From the NCBI GenBank assembly GCA_002839375.1, contig PGXY01000009.1, positions 64,080-128,079 on the forward strand: a stretch of 64,000 nt of DNA. Reading direction: 5' to 3'. Every line of letters begins with the position of its first letter. Within the stretch, counting starts at the first letter, position 1. The notes under the pieces were generated by a model that was given only the letters and a program-made list of their open reading frames with translations, ran no database searches and had not been told where the DNA came from. Shown here one piece after another: positions 19,026 to 27,871 of this stretch. Both the position numbers and the translations under genes were made by a program. This DNA comes from Spirochaetae bacterium HGW-Spirochaetae-1. GTDB taxonomy: Bacteria; Spirochaetota; UBA4802; UBA5550.

Positions 19026-19745
19026 CTACGCCCTCCTCCACGGATTAATCCCCTCTTCTTTGCATTTCCTGTACACCAGCACTACATAAATAATATCAAA
19101 GATGAGGATGGCGGCATACATGTAGGGAAAGAGCAGTTCGTCGGCATGGGGAGTTCCCGGTGTAATTGGTGATTTGGGATACACGATAAAAGCCAGATCG
19201 GCGAAGATAGTGCCGATCATCTTGGCCAGGGCGATGTAGATGGACTGGCCCGCAACGCTGTTCCTGCTCATGATCATTCCCACGTAGAGGATGGACATGA
19301 TCATGTTCATGCCGAAGGCCGAGTAGGCGCGGCCCATGCCCAGGGCATAGCCCTTGCTGGCCTCGAGGTTCATGACGCCGGGATGAAGTCCGTCATACTG
19401 GATGAAGAGCACTCCCAGGAAGGACGTGACCATGACCAGGGCGAAGAAGGGATAGAAGTACCGCGCCTGGAACTGCGGAAAGTCCAGCTTCCACGACTTG
19501 ATGAAGTGATACAGAATCACCACATCAAAAGAAAACCATACGATGTTGATATAGAGCTGGGGTGCCGGCGCCGGTGTGACAAAGGAATAAATGAATTCCC
19601 ATGATATGTTCATGGCCAGGGCCCACATGGGCATGCCGTGGGCCTTGTCCTGAAAACCGCGCTTGATGATGAGAATATAGGTTATGGTCCAGAAAAAACC
19701 CGACGTCGCCGCCATATAAAGATAGGGATGGGGATAATTTTCCAT
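19026..19745 (-). CDS. Integral membrane protein, function unknown (about 7 TM)
   Basis: 239 aa, highly hydrophobic. I recognise no family motif. Confidence 0.5.
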   Translation of the reverse strand: MENYPHPYLYMAATSGFFWTITYILIIKRGFQDKAHGMPMWALAMNISWEFIYSFVTPAPAPQLYINIVWFSFDVVILYHFIKSWKLDFPQFQARYFYPFFALVMVTSFLGVLFIQYDGLHPGVMNLEASKGYALGMGRAYSAFGMNMIMSILYVGMIMSRNSVAGQSIYIALAKMIGTIFADLAFIVYPKSPITPGTPHADELLFPYMYAAILIFDIIYVVLVYRKCKEEGINPWRRA

Positions 19746-19937
19746 GACGGAAGCCTCCTGATCGCTGATGATATTTTATGAGCCTTTTTGTATGCGTTCA
19801 TACCATCAGATTTGAACTGCCATGTCAATAATTCTATTAATTTTAAAAGAATGCCATAAAAAGATTTCTGATCTTGTTGCCCGGGTCCGGCTAGATTACC
19901 GGGGGATAATCCTTGACAGTGGCAGTAACAGGTTTAT

Positions 19938-20567
19938 ATGTTGCTTCAGCGGAGTGAAGGAATGAGCAGCGGGATCGTGACAGCGGATAAAGAAGGAAGG
20001 CCCATCAGCAGAGATATGATACGGGCCTGTGCCCTGGAATTGTTCATGAAGAAGGGCGTTGATGATACCTCGGTCAATGATATTGTGAAACAGGCCGCAA
20101 TAGCCAAGGGCACCTTTTATCTCTACTTCAACAGCCGCGATGACCTGATCAATGCCGTTTTCGACGAATTTTCCCATGAGTTTTTCCGTGAGGTTGTGGC
20201 GGCGAACCAGGACCTGCAGAAGATCGCACCCCTTGCCGAGTCTCTTCTATCCTACTTCGGGAGGAACACCCTGTTTCTTATTGAGGTACGAAAGAACCTT
20301 ACCATGCATCGCGAGTATCCCTATTACCGAAGTATCATGTCGGCCCTTTCGGACTTCATCAGCCGGTTTCTCAATCTCTATGAACAGTATCCCATTACAC
20401 AGCTTGACACCTATTCCGAGATTCTCATCGGCACAATACTTGAAATATGCTACCGGCTATATATTGATAAAAGTATAAAAAGCCAGGAAGAAGCCAGGGT
20501 GATGCTGGAGGATTTCATGAAGAGATTTTTTAATTGTGAGCCTGATTTTTTTCTTGCAAAAAAATGA
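19938..20567 (+). CDS. TetR/AcrR family transcriptional regulator
   Basis: HTH ISRDMIRACALELFMKKGVDDTSVNDIVKQAAIAKGTFYLYFNSRDDL. Diverges from the membrane protein gene 19026..19745. Confidence 0.75.
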   Translation: MLLQRSEGMSSGIVTADKEGRPISRDMIRACALELFMKKGVDDTSVNDIVKQAAIAKGTFYLYFNSRDDLINAVFDEFSHEFFREVVAANQDLQKIAPLAESLLSYFGRNTLFLIEVRKNLTMHREYPYYRSIMSALSDFISRFLNLYEQYPITQLDTYSEILIGTILEICYRLYIDKSIKSQEEARVMLEDFMKRFFNCEPDFFLAKK

Positions 20568-20685
20568 CCACCGGTCATTATGTGGATATCTGATAGTACG
20601 CACTGATGGCCCGGGCCATTTTATTTTTTACCTATAAATGACCGCTGGTCATTTATATCATTCACTATACTGAAAGGAGGCCCCC

Positions 20686-21591
20686 ATGAAGCCCACAATG
20701 AAAATACAGCAGGGTATGCTGGATAATCAGGATTCGCCGGTTTTCCGCAATGATTTTTTCCGGCGTTTTGAACTGAGACATGCCGATAAACCCCTGCAAT
20801 TGAACGAACGAATATCGAAGAAGTATCTTTTCCCGACTTTTTATGGTGATGTCACCTGCGCCATTGGCATTTTCATGTGTTCCTATGAAAAGGCTGCGGC
20901 GCTGGTGGCCCGGGAACTGCATCATAAGATCAAACCGGTAAAACTGACAAAGGGACGATCCATTATTGCCTTTTCCTGTTATGAATATAAAAATGTCATG
21001 GGCGTGGCACCCTATAATGAGATTGCCATGGCCATCCCGGTCATGGTGAACACCGCCTTCCGGCCGCCCGTGCTTCCAATGATACTTGACTCCTTCAGCC
21101 GCTTCGGCTATTATATTGCCGGCATGCCCGTGACGTCCTTTGAAAACCAGATCCGCGGAAACAAAATCTGGGGCCTGCCGAAAGTCACGCAGAGGATTGA
21201 TATGGAATCCCTGGGCGGCGACTGTGTTACAACGGCTTATGAGGAAAACGGCGATCCCTACCTGACGATCCGTGTGCCGCGTCAGGGGAAGCCCACACAG
21301 TTTGACGTGAGCTCCTATCTGTATTCACGATTGAACGGTACCATCCTCAGGAGCGAAACGAATTTTAAGGCCGCCTTTAATGTGGTAAAACACATGGATC
21401 TTCTTTTTAAAAAAGGAGCCAGGCCCGATAAAAAATATATTGAAATAGGGAATACACCTTCGACTAAAATGCTGCATGAGCTGGAAATAGAGGAACATCC
21501 CTTCCAGCTTCGCTATGCCGAGCATATGTCCAGCTGCTTTGACCTGCCCGATGACAAGGCGCCGGTGTGGCTGAATAATCTGAACGGATAA
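20686..21591 (+). CDS. Hypothetical protein (possibly acetoacetate-decarboxylase-like fold)
   Basis: 301 aa, no TM. A faint resemblance to ADC-family beta-cone proteins is a guess only. Sits between the TetR gene and the KPR-family gene. Confidence 0.4.
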   Translation: MKPTMKIQQGMLDNQDSPVFRNDFFRRFELRHADKPLQLNERISKKYLFPTFYGDVTCAIGIFMCSYEKAAALVARELHHKIKPVKLTKGRSIIAFSCYEYKNVMGVAPYNEIAMAIPVMVNTAFRPPVLPMILDSFSRFGYYIAGMPVTSFENQIRGNKIWGLPKVTQRIDMESLGGDCVTTAYEENGDPYLTIRVPRQGKPTQFDVSSYLYSRLNGTILRSETNFKAAFNVVKHMDLLFKKGARPDKKYIEIGNTPSTKMLHELEIEEHPFQLRYAEHMSSCFDLPDDKAPVWLNNLNG

Positions 21592-21614
21592 TGATAAAAG
21601 GGAGGATGCTGATA

Positions 21615-22649
21615 ATGAAAAAAGACATGAAGATAGTGATTTTCGGTGCGGGCGCCATCGGGCAGTCCGTGGGCGGATGGCTTGCCGGGGTCCACGAGAA
21701 CCTTTATTTCCTCGACAGGGGAGAAGTGGCAAAGACCATGAAGGAGAAGGGCATCACTCACTTCCAGCAGGGGAAGGAAAACGAGGGCGTTCATGTCTCT
21801 GTGAAAGTCATCAGTGACATAAAGGATGCCCGTGATGCCGATGTCATTGCCATCGGGGTAAAGACCTTCAGCCTGGAGGGTGTGGCAAAAATGATAAAGG
21901 ATACGGTGGGCGACCGTCCCTTTATCGTCGCCATGCAGAACGGCGTGGAAAACCAGGTCATACTGTCGAAGTATTTTTCAAAGGTGATATACTGCGTAAT
22001 TGGTTACAATGCCTGGATTGAAAAGCCCGGCGTGGTGGGATACCAGAAAAAGGGGCCGCTCATTTTCGGGACAAGGAACAATGAACTCATGGACGAGATG
22101 AAAGAGATCGCTGCTGTTTTCAACCGGGGAGTGGAAACCGTTGTTGTGGACCATCTCCAGGACGCGGCCCATTCAAAGGTTATCATCAATCTCACCAATT
22201 CTCTCACGACCCTTGTCGGTCTCGGATTTAAAGAGATATCGGATTACGGATATTTTCAGAAACTGCTGTCGAACCTGCTTTATGAAGGCGTGCAGATTGT
22301 GAAGGCCGCGGGGTACCATGAATGCAAAATAGGCGGCATGCCTCCGTGGCTGCTTATAAAACTTTCAGCAATGCTGCCACAGTGGATCACCCGGCCCCTC
22401 TTCATGAAAAACGTGAGGAAGATGGTTATGAGCAGCATGGCCCAGGATATCATCCAGCGCGGCGGCCATGATTCGGAGCTCGAGACCATCAACGGGTACA
22501 TCGTGGGTCTGGCTGATAAACACGGGGTAAAGGCGCCCTATAACAGGGCGATATATGAGCTCTGCAAAAGGGAATTTGCCGGTGAGTCATTTACTCCCCG
22601 GGATGTGAAAGATGTATGGAAGGAGGTGCAGCCGCGTCTTGATGGCTGA
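21615..22649 (+). CDS. 2-dehydropantoate 2-reductase (ketopantoate reductase, ApbA/PanE) family oxidoreductase
   Basis: N-terminal Rossmann MKIVIFGAGAIGQSVGGWLA. GGAGG sits 8 nt upstream of the ATG at 21615 (the ORF track begins at 21591). About 345 aa, typical for KPR family. Confidence 0.75.
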   Translation: MKKDMKIVIFGAGAIGQSVGGWLAGVHENLYFLDRGEVAKTMKEKGITHFQQGKENEGVHVSVKVISDIKDARDADVIAIGVKTFSLEGVAKMIKDTVGDRPFIVAMQNGVENQVILSKYFSKVIYCVIGYNAWIEKPGVVGYQKKGPLIFGTRNNELMDEMKEIAAVFNRGVETVVVDHLQDAAHSKVIINLTNSLTTLVGLGFKEISDYGYFQKLLSNLLYEGVQIVKAAGYHECKIGGMPPWLLIKLSAMLPQWITRPLFMKNVRKMVMSSMAQDIIQRGGHDSELETINGYIVGLADKHGVKAPYNRAIYELCKREFAGESFTPRDVKDVWKEVQPRLDG

Positions 22650-22732
22650 ACCAGGAACCGGGCATGCTTGTAATATAAGCGCAAAGGCAGGAAAGTGCCT
22701 TCGCGCCCGTGGGCGGCATGCAGCCGGTTTTT

Positions 22733-23140
22733 CTATTCCTTAACGGCACCGTACACGTCGGTGTATCGTGACGATGCTCCCCAGTTCATATAACGGGTAT
22801 ATCCCGCCTTTCCCAGACGTTTAGCCACCATCTGGGCACGTCCTCCCGTTTCACAGGCCAGAATAAGATATTGTGTTTTGGGAATTTCAGACAGCCTGTC
22901 CATAATTTCCCCCGAGGGAAAATTCTTCGATGTGGGAATATGCCCCTTTTTATAGGCGTCGGCAGGACGGACATCTATGATCCAGATGTCGGCCCGGGGC
23001 GTATCAATCAGGGTCTTCAGGGCAGCGGGCTCCAGGTATTGCCGGAGCATTGCTCCGTCTTTGCCGCTGCTGCCCTCATAGCATCCCGTCATGGTTGCCG
23101 CAAGAGTGATAAATGCCGCTAAGAGAAATAATTTTTTCAT
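22733..23140 (-). CDS. Rhodanese-domain lipoprotein (sulfurtransferase-like)
   Basis: Signal/lipobox LAATMTGC. Rhodanese active-site loop LILACETGGRAQMVAKRL with the catalytic Cys. Confidence 0.75.
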   Translation of the reverse strand: MKKLFLLAAFITLAATMTGCYEGSSGKDGAMLRQYLEPAALKTLIDTPRADIWIIDVRPADAYKKGHIPTSKNFPSGEIMDRLSEIPKTQYLILACETGGRAQMVAKRLGKAGYTRYMNWGASSRYTDVYGAVKE

Positions 23141-23301
23141 GCTTTGCCTCTTTTTCCAGTGATAAAGATATAATAGTGGAATAAGATACTTATTACAATA
23201 AAATAGTTTACTATTTAAAAAATAATCAGAAAAGAATGTCGGTGGCTCTATTCATGATTGGGTAATGGAGCATATCGACGGGGCAACATAACCATCGTCG
23301 A

Positions 23302-25275
23302 TTATTCGTATCGCAGGGCCTCGATGGGATTGAGCCTGGATGCCTGGGTTGCCGGCCAGATTCCGAAACCGATGCCGATGCAAATCGAAAAGAATACGGC
23401 TCCCAGCACCGCCATGATAGAAATTTTTACGGCCCATCCTGCTATGAGGGAAAAAAGCAGTGATATGGAAACTCCCAGTATGATCCCGGCCACGCCTCCC
23501 GTGAATGTCATTATTACCGCCTCGATGAGAAACTGGTAGAGGATATCCTTTCGGCGCCCGCCGATGGCCTTGCGAAGTCCTATCTCCCGCGTCCGTTCCT
23601 TTACCGATACGAGCATGATATTCATCACGCCCACACCTCCCACGATGAGGGATATGGCTGCAACCGTTCCGAGCAGGAGGCTCATGGTGGTGGCGGTGCT
23701 CATCATGGCCTTTCTCATTTCGGAAAAATCCCTGACTTCAAAGAGGCTTTCCTGTCCGGGAAGAACTTTATGCCTTGTTTTTAATGTGCTCATAAGGATT
23801 TCCTTTACAGATTCGGCGTTTTCAGGGGATGCAATTTCAACATGTATATCGTCAATGTAGGTTTTACCCGAAAGCCGGTACATGGCTGTTTTTATGGGAA
23901 TGATAATGATATCGTCCTGGTCCCGCATCATGGTTGCCCCCTTGGCGGGGAGGATGCCGATGACGGTAAAACCGATTTTATTTATTTTTATTTTTTTCCC
24001 GATGGGATATTCTTCGCCGAAAATATTTTTTAAAACCGTGGCGCCGATGACTGCGACTTTTTTCCTGGACCGGTTTTCCATCTCGGTGAAAAAACGTCCC
24101 GTCACGGGAACCGATGCCTTCATCACGGCGTAATCGACTCCGGTGCCCATTATGAGGGTGTTGCTGTTTTTTGCCCCGTAAACGACCTGGGCCCGGCTGT
24201 TTACCGCCGGGGATACTTTTTTTATTCCTTCGATTTCGAGAAATGAATCGGCATCAGCGATGCTTAAACGGCTCCCTTCTCCCTGCTGGAGAGACACACC
24301 TCCCGACCGTCTGAAACCGGGGTGAACCGTGAGTATGTTGGTGCCCAGCTTGTTGAGGCTTTCCGTAATAGATGCTTTTGCTCCTTCTCCAATGGCCACC
24401 ATGGAGATCACGGCAGCGACTCCTATCAGTATGCCCAGCATGGAAAGCAGGGACCTCATTTTATGGGAAACCAGGGAGAGCGCGGCCTGGCGGATATAAT
24501 CCATGAATTCGGCCCGTCCGAACGAGGCCGATGTAATTTTCAGAGCTCCGTTTATTTTGTCTGTATCTCCGGCGTCGGGAGATGCCGTATGAGTCTTGTT
24601 GTTTCTTTTATCTGAAATAATTACGCCGTCTTTCATCCGTATGATGCGTTTTGCCCGCCGTGCAACATCCTCCTCGTGCGTGACCATCACAATTGTTTTT
24701 CCATTGTCGTTCAGCTTTTCCAGAATGTCTATTATTTCACTTTCACTTTTCGTATCCAGGTTTCCCGTTGGTTCGTCGGCGAAGAGTATCACGGGCTCGT
24801 TCACCATTGATCGGGCTATGGCTACCCTTTGCTGCTCGCCCCCCGAGAGTTCATTCGGGTAGTGATCGACACGGTGACCCATTCCGACCCATTGCAGTTT
24901 TTCATCGGTCTTTTCTGCCATGTCTCGCTTTCCGGCGTAGAGCGTGGGGAGCATGACATTACCCGCTGCTGATAACCGGGGAAGGAGCTGAAACTGCTGG
25001 AATATAAAGCCGGCTATATGATTTCTCAGGATGGAAAGCTTGTCTTCATCGAGGCCTGTCACATCATGTCCCATTATGGCATAAGAGCCCGATGTGGGGG
25101 TATCAAGAAAACCCAGGAGGTGGAGCAGCGTCGATTTCCCTGAACCGGATGCTCCCATGATGGCGACGAACTCACCGGATTCAATGGCAAGTGAGACGCC
25201 GTTGACCGCTGCTACCTCGGTGTCGCCCATTTGATAAATTTTTGTGATGTTTTTAAGCTCAATAAGGGGGGTCAT
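23302..25275 (-). CDS. macB: MacB-type ABC transporter, fused ATPase + FtsX-like permease
   Basis: Walker A GASGSGKST, signature LSGGEQQRVAIARS, Walker B ILFADEPTGNLD. Followed by a periplasmic domain and four C-terminal TM segments. Confidence 0.85.
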   Translation of the reverse strand: MTPLIELKNITKIYQMGDTEVAAVNGVSLAIESGEFVAIMGASGSGKSTLLHLLGFLDTPTSGSYAIMGHDVTGLDEDKLSILRNHIAGFIFQQFQLLPRLSAAGNVMLPTLYAGKRDMAEKTDEKLQWVGMGHRVDHYPNELSGGEQQRVAIARSMVNEPVILFADEPTGNLDTKSESEIIDILEKLNDNGKTIVMVTHEEDVARRAKRIIRMKDGVIISDKRNNKTHTASPDAGDTDKINGALKITSASFGRAEFMDYIRQAALSLVSHKMRSLLSMLGILIGVAAVISMVAIGEGAKASITESLNKLGTNILTVHPGFRRSGGVSLQQGEGSRLSIADADSFLEIEGIKKVSPAVNSRAQVVYGAKNSNTLIMGTGVDYAVMKASVPVTGRFFTEMENRSRKKVAVIGATVLKNIFGEEYPIGKKIKINKIGFTVIGILPAKGATMMRDQDDIIIIPIKTAMYRLSGKTYIDDIHVEIASPENAESVKEILMSTLKTRHKVLPGQESLFEVRDFSEMRKAMMSTATTMSLLLGTVAAISLIVGGVGVMNIMLVSVKERTREIGLRKAIGGRRKDILYQFLIEAVIMTFTGGVAGIILGVSISLLFSLIAGWAVKISIMAVLGAVFFSICIGIGFGIWPATQASRLNPIEALRYE

Positions 25276-26342
25276 TTCTTTGTCGCTCCGGGCCGCTTGG
25301 GCATGAAGGGATTGGTAGCGTCCGACGCTTTTTCCGGTGTATAACTGCGCACCGGGACCATGACAGTGTCGGCCGAGCTCAGTCCTTCCGTGACTTCGAT
25401 GTTCTGATCATCGGCGATTCCCGTGGTGATAGGGCGTTTTTCCGGCTGTTTTGAGCCTTCTTTTTTGACGAGGACGAAGCTCCGGCTACCCTCCTGGATG
25501 ATCACATCCTGGGGAATCAGGAGCGCATTGTTTATTTCTTTTTCCGTTATTTCTATGCTCGCACTCATGCCGGACCTGAATTCGGCGGGAACGCTGTCGG
25601 GTGTTATCACCACATTATAGATCGTCACATTGTTCACGGTCTCCGATTCGTAATATATATGGGTGACCTTTCCTTTAACCGGCACTTCGGGATGGGAATC
25701 GAGTGAAATATATGCCGATTGGCCCTCCACGACCTTCCCTATGTCCGTCTCATCCACCTGCGCCTTGACGATAAGCCGGTCGGAAATGACCAGGATTGCG
25801 TCAGTAGTGGTCACGGTCTGTCCCGGTTCAATGGAACGGACTATGACCGTCCCATTTATCGGGGCAATGATGGGGATTGGTTTATAAGCGTCCTGCCAGT
25901 AGGCAAGGGCCGCGGCTCCCTGGAGACGGGCTGCGTCTATGAGTGCGGCCCTGTCGGTTGAACTCATGATGGCGAGAATTCGGCCTTTGTATACGCTGTC
26001 TCCCTCTTTTACGCGAATCTCTTCAATACGGCCGGCCACGGACGGTTTGATTTCCAGCCTGTTTTTCGGAAGTACCGTTCCCGTTGTTGAAACCGTCAGC
26101 TTGATATCGCCGGAAAAAGGTTTGATCTCTTTCATGGCGACATCGGAATTTTTTGTACACGCGGTTTTAATGATGAAAAACCCGCCGACGCACATTAAAG
26201 TGATGATGAAAAGTGCCGGTTTATTTTTTATTTTCATAATCCAGGGAGCCTCCCGTTGCATAGATCCATTGTGCTTCGGCATCCAGAGCCGCTGCGCAGG
26301 CCGTAAGGTGCGCTTTTTTCGTATTTGCCATGTTGCTTTCAA
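25272..26342 (-). CDS. macA: Periplasmic adaptor subunit (MacA/HlyD family)
   Basis: Overlaps the macB start (ATGA). Lipoyl/beta-barrel-type adaptor sequence. Likely true start near 26237 (MKIKNKPALFIITLMCVGG signal anchor), overlapping the tolC-like stop. Confidence 0.75.
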   Translation of the reverse strand: MKATWQIRKKRTLRPAQRLWMPKHNGSMQREAPWIMKIKNKPALFIITLMCVGGFFIIKTACTKNSDVAMKEIKPFSGDIKLTVSTTGTVLPKNRLEIKPSVAGRIEEIRVKEGDSVYKGRILAIMSSTDRAALIDAARLQGAAALAYWQDAYKPIPIIAPINGTVIVRSIEPGQTVTTTDAILVISDRLIVKAQVDETDIGKVVEGQSAYISLDSHPEVPVKGKVTHIYYESETVNNVTIYNVVITPDSVPAEFRSGMSASIEITEKEINNALLIPQDVIIQEGSRSFVLVKKEGSKQPEKRPITTGIADDQNIEVTEGLSSADTVMVPVRSYTPEKASDATNPFMPKRPGATKK

Positions 26343-27513
26343 TAATTGTCCAGTTGTCGAAAGTCAGCCTTCCGATGGAATACTGGGTCTCACCGATTTT
26401 TGATCTCTCAAGAGCGGCGGTAAGCGTTTCTTTCTGCACCTCGACGGTATCAATGCTGTCCCTGAGATTGTTCCATGATTCCTCCAGGCTTCTCATTACC
26501 TCATTTTTGACGCTTTTTTCATCACACTGCGCCTGCCGGTAAAGAGCCTTTGCCCTCTCATGGGAGTACCATGTCTCTCCGCCGGAGAACAGGGGCGCGG
26601 TGATTTCAAATCCCACTGACCAGTTCCCCGACATGCTGCCCGGTGAATCACCGCTTCTTCCGGCGCTTCCCGTGCCATACAGTTCCGGAGAGTAGGCGAG
26701 CTTCGAGGATTTCAGTTCGTATAACGCTGCGTTTACGGTCGACATGGATTTTCTGTATGTAGGATTATTTGCTGCCAGGAAAATAAAATCCGGTTTCAGA
26801 TCATACGAGGCAAGGAGGGTTAAGTCGCCTGTTACTGAAAAGTCCGGCGGTTCCTCCATTCCCATGATATAACATATCGTTTTTTTCCGTAGTGATATCT
26901 CCCTTATGGCGCTTTTAACATCAGCCTGGGATTGAAGATAATCGGCCCTGGCGAAATAATAGGAACCCCGGTGTTCACTGCCGGATTCATATTTCATTTT
27001 TACCAGTTCCAGTATGTGCTTTCTTCTTTGTTCTATTTCTTCCAGTATGGCCAGCATTTCCTGGGCCTTCAGGAGAGAGATAAAGGCCGTTTTCAGGTTG
27101 TATCGCACCGTGGCTGATGTGGCAGAATAGTTATATAAAGATGAATTTATTTCGGCATCGGCGCTTTTCAGGTCGTAGACGGATTTAAAGCCGTCAAACA
27201 CAAGCTGTTTCGCCGTTATCCCGTAAGCATATCTCTCTGTAGACCCGTATCCCGCTCCCGACGACCCCGATGATTTTTCGCCCGAGGCTGTGGCGCTTAT
27301 CTGTGGGAGTAGGGGTGACCGTGCTATCCCCCTGGCCGCTTTTTTCTGGTTTATTATCTCACGGGAAGATAACAGGTCCGGGTTGTGCGCAAGGGCGGTT
27401 TTCACACAGCTTTCCCATGTATACCTGACCGCGTTTTCGGCGGAGGCCGGTGTAAGAAGGGAGATACATGAAAATAACATGAGTAGCAGGATGGTTACAA
27501 TGTTTTTTCCCAT
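26221..27513 (-). CDS. tolC: TolC-family outer membrane efflux protein
   Basis: 430 aa. Signal peptide, two-repeat OEP architecture, and a coiled-coil-rich sequence typical of the OMF family. First gene of the tolC-macA-macB operon. Confidence 0.75.
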   Translation of the reverse strand: MGKNIVTILLLMLFSCISLLTPASAENAVRYTWESCVKTALAHNPDLLSSREIINQKKAARGIARSPLLPQISATASGEKSSGSSGAGYGSTERYAYGITAKQLVFDGFKSVYDLKSADAEINSSLYNYSATSATVRYNLKTAFISLLKAQEMLAILEEIEQRRKHILELVKMKYESGSEHRGSYYFARADYLQSQADVKSAIREISLRKKTICYIMGMEEPPDFSVTGDLTLLASYDLKPDFIFLAANNPTYRKSMSTVNAALYELKSSKLAYSPELYGTGSAGRSGDSPGSMSGNWSVGFEITAPLFSGGETWYSHERAKALYRQAQCDEKSVKNEVMRSLEESWNNLRDSIDTVEVQKETLTAALERSKIGETQYSIGRLTFDNWTIIESNMANTKKAHLTACAAALDAEAQWIYATGGSLDYENKK

Positions 27514-27871
27514 GATTATCGTATCCTCGGATTTCTTTATATTGAATAAAAGAGCGTCTCTGCGCTCGTGATGGATTTTTCAGGCACCTGTCTTATAGAC
27601 CCCGGTTTATTTCTTATTGTTCCATTTTTATGGTTTATATGCAAGAAAGAGTTTTGGAATTTGAATAATTCAGCGGCGGCGCGTCGGGATTAATGCGGTT
27701 ATATCGTCGACCGGGGGATCAGTTCCGCTAAGGGACCAATGCCTGTCATTGTGCTGTCCGTTGATGAGCTTCGGGCCGCGCTTCACCTTCACCACGGTAT
27801 AGTTGCCGGATGGGCAGTTGTGACAGGCGTCAGGAGCAGCAGGAACAGAACACGCGCAGGCCGGTATTCTG

